Source of the DNA: an uncultured virus (IMG/VR IMGVR_UViG_3300031555_002574)
Taxonomy: Duplodnaviria; Heunggongvirae; Uroviricota; Caudoviricetes
Length of the DNA: 20,000 bases
Virus record (IMG/VR): IMGVR_UViG_3300031555_002574
Strand: one strand, 5' to 3'
Position 1 is the first letter of the stretch. Every line of letters starts with the position of its first letter. Below, one piece after another: positions 17,301 to 20,000 of this stretch. The notes under the pieces are model-generated. The model worked only from the letters and a program-made list of their open reading frames with translations. It ran no database searches and had not been told where the DNA came from. The translations under genes and the position numbers were made by a program.

Positions 17301-20000
17301 TGGTTCAATAACTTCATTAGAACCATTAAGAAATTGGAATGTTAGTAAAGTAACTAGTATGTTTGGTGCATTTAGTAGTTGTAGTTCAATAACTTCATTA
17401 GAACCATTAAGTGAATGGGAAACAATAGCATTAAAAAATATGGAAGGTACGTTCACAAATTGTTCGAAATTAACTTCATTAGAAGGATTAGAAGAATGGA
17501 ATGTTGATAATGTAACTAATATGAAAGGTACATTCCAAAATTGTAAAGCATTAGCATCATTAGAATCTATAACTAATTGGAATGTTGATAGTGCAACTAA
17601 TATAAGTAATATGTTCCAAGGTTGTGAAGCATTAACAACATTAGAACCTATAACTAATTGGAATGTTGGTAGTGCAACTAATATAAGTAATATGTTCCAA
17701 GGTTGTGAAGCATTAACAACATTAGAACCATTAAGAAATTGGGATGTTAGCAATGTAAATAGCATGTACGGTACGTTCCAAGGTTGTTCAGGATTAACTT
17801 CATTAGAACCTATAGCTAATTGGAGTATTGAAAATGTAGCTAATATATCACATTTATTCACTGGTTGTACAGGATTAACTTCAATAGAACCTATAGCTAA
17901 TTGGAATATTGAAAATGTAAAAAATATGTCTAGTACATTCAACGGTTGTTCAGGATTAACAACATTAGAACCTATAGCTGATTGGACTGTTGAAAATGTA
18001 ACTACTATGAGTGCTATGATCAGTGGTTGTACAGGAATAAGTTCAGTAGAGCCATTAAGAAATTGGAATGTTAGTAAAGTAGAGGATATCTCACATTTAT
18101 TCAACGGTTGTACAGGATTAACATCGTTAGAAGGATTAGAAAACTGGAATGTTGGTAAAGTAACTACTATAAATGCTATGTTCACTAATTGTAATTCGTT
18201 AACATCATTAGAACCTATAGCTAATTGGAAAGTTGATAAAGTAACTACTATGAATACTACGTTTAGTGGTTGTAGTTCATTAACTTCATTAAAAGGATTA
18301 GAAAAATGGATTACTGTTTCTTTAACTGATATGGCTAGCGCATTCATTAATTGTGTAGGATTAACTTCATTAAAAGGAATAGAAAACTGGAATGTTGAAA
18401 ATGTAACTACTATGAATTTGACGTTCTCTGGTCTAAAAAAAATAACTTCATTAGAACCATTAAGTAATTGGAAGACTACTAAGTTATCTGATATGTTTGG
18501 TATGTTATATCAATCTTCTAATTTATCTTCAATAGAAGGATTAAGAAATTGGAATGTTAGTAATGTAACTAATATGGGTTATTTGGTATCTAGTTGTGGC
18601 TCATTAGATTCGTTAGATCCATTAACTAATTGGAACATGAACAAGGTAAATAATGTACAAGAGATGCTTGGAGGATGTACTAAGGTAAGATTCTTAAATC
18701 TAAGTAAAACTGTTTTACCTAATAGTGTATCATTACCACTTGGAAGTCTTACAGGATTACAAGTATTAAGATTAGACAACAGAACTAATAGAAGTGAAGT
18801 TCAAGAATTAATCAACGCACTACCTGCAGGCAATGATGCGATGAATCATATTTACACACCATTAGAAAACGTTGCTCCTAAACAAGGATGGACTATTAAA
18901 GACCCTAGAGTAATAGCTGTATATACTTGTACTAAAACTGGTGTGATACCTGATAATGCTCCTGCAAATGGTATTTACGAAGAAGTAGATAATGGTGATG
19001 GTACTTACACAATTACATTAAGAGTAGAATCGATAGCAGATGTAACAAATGTTTGTTTTATCGGTGATTATCGTAATGATATAAAATCTATAGAATATTT
19101 AGATATAGTTAATAGAAATTCACTTAAAGGTATATTCTATAACTGTACTTACATTAAAGATATAAATACTATAGGATGGGATGTTAGTCATATAACTGAA
19201 TTAGCTGAACTATTCTGGAATTGTTGGGAAGTGAATCCAATAGGAATAGAAGAATGGAATGTTAGTAATGTAGTTACTACATACTATATGTTCTTCAATA
19301 ATTTTAACTTAAATCTAAGTCTATTAAAAAATTGGGATGTTAGTAATGTAACTAATATGGGTGAGATGTTCAGTGGTTGTACAGGAATAACATCATTAGA
19401 ACCTATAGCTAATTGGAATGTTGAAAATGTAACTAATATGAAATATTTATTCGCTGGTCATAATGCGATAAGTTCATTAGAACCTTTAGCTGATTGGAAT
19501 GTTAGTAAAGTAACTGATATGTTTGGTATTTTCCGTGATTGTCATGGAATAAGTTCAATAGAACCTATAGCTAATTGGAATACTGATAGTGCAACTAATA
19601 TAGGTAGTTTATTCTATAATTGTGCACTAATAACATCATTGGAACCTATAGCTAATTGGAATACTGATAGTGTAACTGATATAAGTGAGATATTCTATGG
19701 TTGTACAGGATTAACAACATTAGAACCAATAAGAAATTGGAATGTTGAAAATGTAACTACTATGGGTAATACGTTCTTTAATTGTACAGGAATAACATCA
19801 TTAGAACCTATAGCTAATTGGAATGTTGGTAGTGTAAATGATATGGGTGGTATGTTCAAAGGTTGTTCAGGATTAACATCATTGGAACCTATAGCTAATT
19901 GGAATACTGATAGTGTAACTGATATAAGTGAGATATTCTATGGTTGTACAGGATTAACAACATTAGAACCAATAAGAAATTGGAATGTTGAAAATGTAAC
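8359..20000 (+). CDS. Giant multidomain protein (>3880 aa, runs off window): Ig-like / LamG-like / CotH-family kinase / LRR / PKD-like / multiple BspA(DUF285)-type LRR arrays
   Basis: SD GAGGTG and ATG at 8359 (MSINTGDNFNYLGKKFLDSRQ...). No frame +1 stop was found in the stretches translated by hand, up to ...RNWNVENV at 20000, and its absence from the ORF track fits a stop outside the window. No signal peptide. Domains are listed separately. Confidence 0.92.
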   Translation, partial: MSINTGDNFNYLGKKFLDSRQSFDTVEQMVMCSDVPDGFITYCKSDGLRYEYLSSNENDELLGKWRIHNGGMSDEEKELLNLKFDDVETNNEADELGNVFTVMRFLSNGEVVKTVKFQGGGGTGMLGGTLSTSLPESSSINENDKLTIPFTFTSNNWGEGTIHITIVNGDTSRELIYSVKKQGTSTVNIGYLAKGTNYISMYVVDALQKMTNVVTITVVCGALELSSTFDASRDFASYETITIPFRVSALNADEELTLNVVIDGDVISQVVGNGYGNFIIPEKYKTIGVHKVSMQIVTATTMSKELNYTVIVVDNAHIFLSSEQERYEVELGYDIQIPYRLSTTRIDSYVAKVFINDELHLSNEVEVGVNKISLSYRMFSTGTYSILIDAANGDGTITDQLELTLVIKASSFSRIEPVEIGLEAFFDMSTGDNTSTTRDVLESIVPNSKKEYYKMYLHDYNYATNGWLNGRLVSNGTAWAEIDYKPLENNVKEGFTFDILFKNYNVGLNDAKVVNCISTEANSVGFAIDSEKAIAATDANTLKTYYTDREDMRVTFVVNRASVYYKEFIIDENGHSVPNPNPTYEPNPMIQTYLNGVLTDVAMLSDTGSGSNKVYEMFQNGEKILINTDKIKSCFGNCEIRSILIYSRPLEHEEVLNNYMSGFDDLNTQRELYNKNYITIDNDMPTVYINDSEIGDYNLMTKDNKQWMIIQYVSPDKDRFGDSFELMGQTTWQGTSSLAYPIKNYKFKLYDWARDENGEIIEATKWDTSTYTKKKIDMYPTSGNGYKENVFCLKADYMDSSHCRNTGTARICNDFLFDGYPNPAKQIDPKTRDTINGHPCQVYVNGRWMGVYNFNHDKSCTKSLGLETVEHTVRWEIKANSNTSAGAFFKTWSNIEECYAAITADFEIVYDEDAYEGKTGEYDLTKYYDELGFAYDGDSVKGTYYDYAILSLARFVNFVATADEETWLAHSDEYFNKIQACRYYLNVMTLGMIDNFAKNCIINMYGDDIWWFSFYDMDSSLGLDNTGYNKFDCDIEPRFEGIYNCSTSNMWVKLNEWNQNDLFDQFKTIREDKYTYENVLNYLINNQIDLIPARLYNKDMYSKYISQGRQYLHMLHGNNKDHLKRWLYNRFLYVDSLFLQQNSPYTKQNITVRSCAPTWAAPKYNSAGEVISSYTARFEIQTYTPQYVTVCWRKNTYETKRVGWGETVVFERDMVNDQDNELIIYNATGLKSLGDMSCNNPTSIDIGAATRLIEFKCENCNKLVKTDISKNTYMRKASFKNCSILGTVSGGSNVIDISTCTNLTEIDIRGTQLTSVVTGGYGGNLIKILYPESIQSIVLENQANLEIVGIPYGYDNLLEDNNFFNMQRSTTNISIDSDFVSVIAGEPLRLGLYDGYTVKDWYTMKSEIEMVYSLHVEEYDFYHNLLNSSCLIDKASVTYDVENIGLHDFSPRSNTCFVKLKFVCENLPLGTTAIKTANEIARTFRLFYVDKWEDLLLANNLITFSATECNKLKQIKYPYKETDELSLQPVLAVQNLTIEDAFPNLTEFNISGFNNLGYLTIIDMPNLTNIKFNDLIPYGGERKLKTITIGNTPNITHVEFNVSSSDYEVSFADGAVIDLGAVTSIQKIECNTFIKGLSKLIVPTSMKKFDFNGTYGDGISSITNIWSYNGIHSELEGFEGIDFKDLELEYFDMKGISNITNAINFNIRPTDTHPNLNTLRDGSIYKPYFRPQGILNLDDYTGDFAYMCKGLDLSKMQIILTKNKPDIVNFTSLFEGAIVPVESKLDALVRVNNFIARCPNVRYYSSMFKGADISFEPDEIVLNTEQYIMMDSMFENSSVSRDIVIPINATDVTHMFKGCKNMVEYVNNWENPEYDKVPHEDCYAETGGDMRLIEPDWGGLGLTAKNVSIFTITIPTDNYVCQLVPESYEFTTDYAYIDWGDKSTSNGTRVHTYAYAGEYTVTAQLSILNRTDRAKFLEENLISISQLAYKTHSGGFRYYNALRDIQLSEKNKFIGSCDYKFSGLKLNSWDFLSKLDTSAITSMYSLFYRSNITSLEPLTNWNVDNVTNIANMFGGCSGITSIEPLTNWNVDKVTSMIELFSGCDKLTSLEPLRNWNVGKVTNMNGIFVGCKSLTSLEPLTNWNVGNATNIANMFRECSGLTSIEALTNWKVDNAKDMSYMFQDCKAITSLEPLTNWKVDNVTNISFMFQGCSGITSLEPLTNWKVDKVTSMAHTFNSCKAITTLEPIANWNIDNVKDMNNTFQGCSGITSLEPITNWNVDNVKYLTSTFGNCTGLTSLEPLRNWNVDNVEDMQNTFMNCTGITTLEPLTNWNVDKVTAMSHMFDGCKAITSLEPIANWTVDNVTNMKNMFGYCTGLTSLEPIANWTVDNVTTMNAMFNGCSGLTSLTGLENWNVSKVEDISHLFNGCTGLTSLEPLTNWNVSKVTFMLSMFNGCSGLTTLAGLENWKTTNLKTLYATFMGCTSLTSAEAIGGWDVSNVSDIYCLFYNCTALKTLEALSNWNLSNLNSALNFLSGSGVKYLNLANTTLSKSSAMDLKDYTYIEVIRADYITDKVKLQELINSLPVSNKDRYIFTPLDVTPKQGWVIKDPRVLAVYTCSRPNQVPQCTANFTKTEVDNGDGTYTTTLRVETMDDIQDVIFTGMEYLVSVDLVNTTNMTNMTNMFKDCVNLTRVDGSTCSTKNVTNMNRMFEGCKSLLSLNTLSNWNTYNVTDIDYIFSGCSKLTSLVGLENWTFTNITSLLGMFQNCTGLTSLEPLRNWDVDNIVSLQSLFHRCNSITSLEPLSNWNVSKVTSISYLYYECSKLTSLVGLEEWNVGNATAIGYMCYGCKALTSLEPLRNWDVSNVNSMYGTFQGCSGLTSLEGLEEWDVGNVTTMEYAFIGCSSITSLEPLRNWNVSNVTNMTYTFSGCKALTSLAGLEEWNVSSLSATAYTFYHCDNITSIDALSGWDTNSLTNIGYAFNACGSITSLEPLRNWNVSKVTSMFGAFSSCSSITSLEPLSEWETIALKNMEGTFTNCSKLTSLEGLEEWNVDNVTNMKGTFQNCKALASLESITNWNVDSATNISNMFQGCEALTTLEPITNWNVGSATNISNMFQGCEALTTLEPLRNWDVSNVNSMYGTFQGCSGLTSLEPIANWSIENVANISHLFTGCTGLTSIEPIANWNIENVKNMSSTFNGCSGLTTLEPIADWTVENVTTMSAMISGCTGISSVEPLRNWNVSKVEDISHLFNGCTGLTSLEGLENWNVGKVTTINAMFTNCNSLTSLEPIANWKVDKVTTMNTTFSGCSSLTSLKGLEKWITVSLTDMASAFINCVGLTSLKGIENWNVENVTTMNLTFSGLKKITSLEPLSNWKTTKLSDMFGMLYQSSNLSSIEGLRNWNVSNVTNMGYLVSSCGSLDSLDPLTNWNMNKVNNVQEMLGGCTKVRFLNLSKTVLPNSVSLPLGSLTGLQVLRLDNRTNRSEVQELINALPAGNDAMNHIYTPLENVAPKQGWTIKDPRVIAVYTCTKTGVIPDNAPANGIYEEVDNGDGTYTITLRVESIADVTNVCFIGDYRNDIKSIEYLDIVNRNSLKGIFYNCTYIKDINTIGWDVSHITELAELFWNCWEVNPIGIEEWNVSNVVTTYYMFFNNFNLNLSLLKNWDVSNVTNMGEMFSGCTGITSLEPIANWNVENVTNMKYLFAGHNAISSLEPLADWNVSKVTDMFGIFRDCHGISSIEPIANWNTDSATNIGSLFYNCALITSLEPIANWNTDSVTDISEIFYGCTGLTTLEPIRNWNVENVTTMGNTFFNCTGITSLEPIANWNVGSVNDMGGMFKGCSGLTSLEPIANWNTDSVTDISEIFYGCTGLTTLEPIRNWNVENV
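9601..10335 (+). other. LamG / concanavalin A-like beta-sandwich domain within the giant ORF
   Basis: Motifs GLEAFFDM, EGFTFDILFK, RVTFVVNR, QTYLNGVL and EIRSILIYSRPLEHEEV match the Laminin_G_3 pattern. Confidence 0.7.
10405..11766 (+). other. CotH-family atypical protein kinase domain within the giant ORF
   Basis: Ordered motifs: MPTVYI, WQGTSSLAYPIKNYKFKL (10552), FCLKADYMDSSH (about 10730), VYVNGRWMGVYNF, DNFAKN (11338), FYDMDSSLG (11398), LKRWLYNRFLYVD. Confidence 0.8.
12000..14055 (+). other. Degenerate LRR solenoid region with an inserted non-LRR segment (about 12420-12850)
   Basis: Repeats such as IDISTCTNLTEIDIRGTQLT and PNLTEFNISGFNNLGYLTI, later SMFKGA/HMFKGC units, ending in an IEPDWGG cap-like motif. 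Confidence 0.6.
14080..14255 (+). other. PKD-like domain
   Basis: YIDWGDKSTSNGTRVHTYAYAGEYTVT matches the PKD signature WGD...HTY..G.YTV. Confidence 0.75.
14460..15960 (+). repeat. LRR array 1: 18 tandem 81-bp / 27-aa BspA/DUF285-like repeats
   Basis: Trp codons every 81 nt from 14539 to 15916; consensus TSLEPLxNWNVxxVTxMxxMFxGCxGL. Confidence 0.93.
16370..18680 (+). repeat. LRR array 2: 27 regular 81-bp repeats plus about 2 degenerate leading units
   Basis: Trp codons every 81 nt from 16525 to 18631; same consensus as array 1. Confidence 0.93.
19120..20000 (+). repeat. LRR array 3 (at least 11 repeats, truncated by window end)
   Basis: Trp codons at 19177, 19255 and 19333 (78-nt spacing), then every 81 nt to 19981. 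Confidence 0.92.

Noticed and set aside
15054..18779. Minus-strand ORFs at 15054-15308, 15471-15794, 17283-18347 and 18579-18779
   Set aside because: Antisense shadows of the repetitive LRR coding strand; they mirror the 27-aa period and overlap the giant plus-strand gene completely
14460..20000. CRISPR-like appearance (conserved blocks alternating with variable blocks at a fixed period)
   Set aside because: The 81-nt period is in frame within a continuous ORF encoding LRRs; the variable parts are homologous to each other rather than unique spacers; no cas genes in the window
14460..20000. Diversity-generating retroelement as the source of LRR variation (many variable codons look like AAT-derived NNT)
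   Set aside because: No reverse transcriptase or non-coding template repeat in the window; scaffold adenines are conserved; third-position T is expected from AT bias. A DGR elsewhere in the genome cannot be excluded.
1..20000. Stop-codon reassignment (alternative genetic code), suggested by the large gaps in the ORF track
   Set aside because: The gaps are explained by two long standard-code ORFs that run off the window edges; complete genes end in TAA and need no read-through

Overview
AT-rich, gene-dense segment that looks like the late (structural and lysis) region of a large Firmicutes phage, probably Clostridia-infecting and AR9/PBS1-like. Two very large ORFs missing from the supplied ORF track run off the window edges: a minus-strand gene at <1..2953 (>984 aa, probable virion structural protein) and a giant plus-strand gene at 8359..>20000 (>3880 aa). 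The giant protein reads, in order: N-terminal module, Ig-like beta domains, LamG/ConA-like domain, CotH-type atypical protein kinase with apparently intact catalytic motifs, degenerate LRR, PKD-like domain, then at least three capped arrays of 27-aa (81-bp) BspA/DUF285-type LRRs. The repeats have a fixed scaffold, hypervariable surface positions and exact DNA copies shared between distant repeats. Between the two large genes lie an acidic protein, small membrane proteins, an Amidase_3+SH3 endolysin divergent from a holin-like gene, a collagen-like fibre protein and two putative fibre/decoration proteins. Each of the seven apparent transcription-unit starts has an upstream AACA-N6-TA motif, matching the AR9 non-virion RNA polymerase late promoter consensus. 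All domain calls are by eye from motifs; no searches were run.
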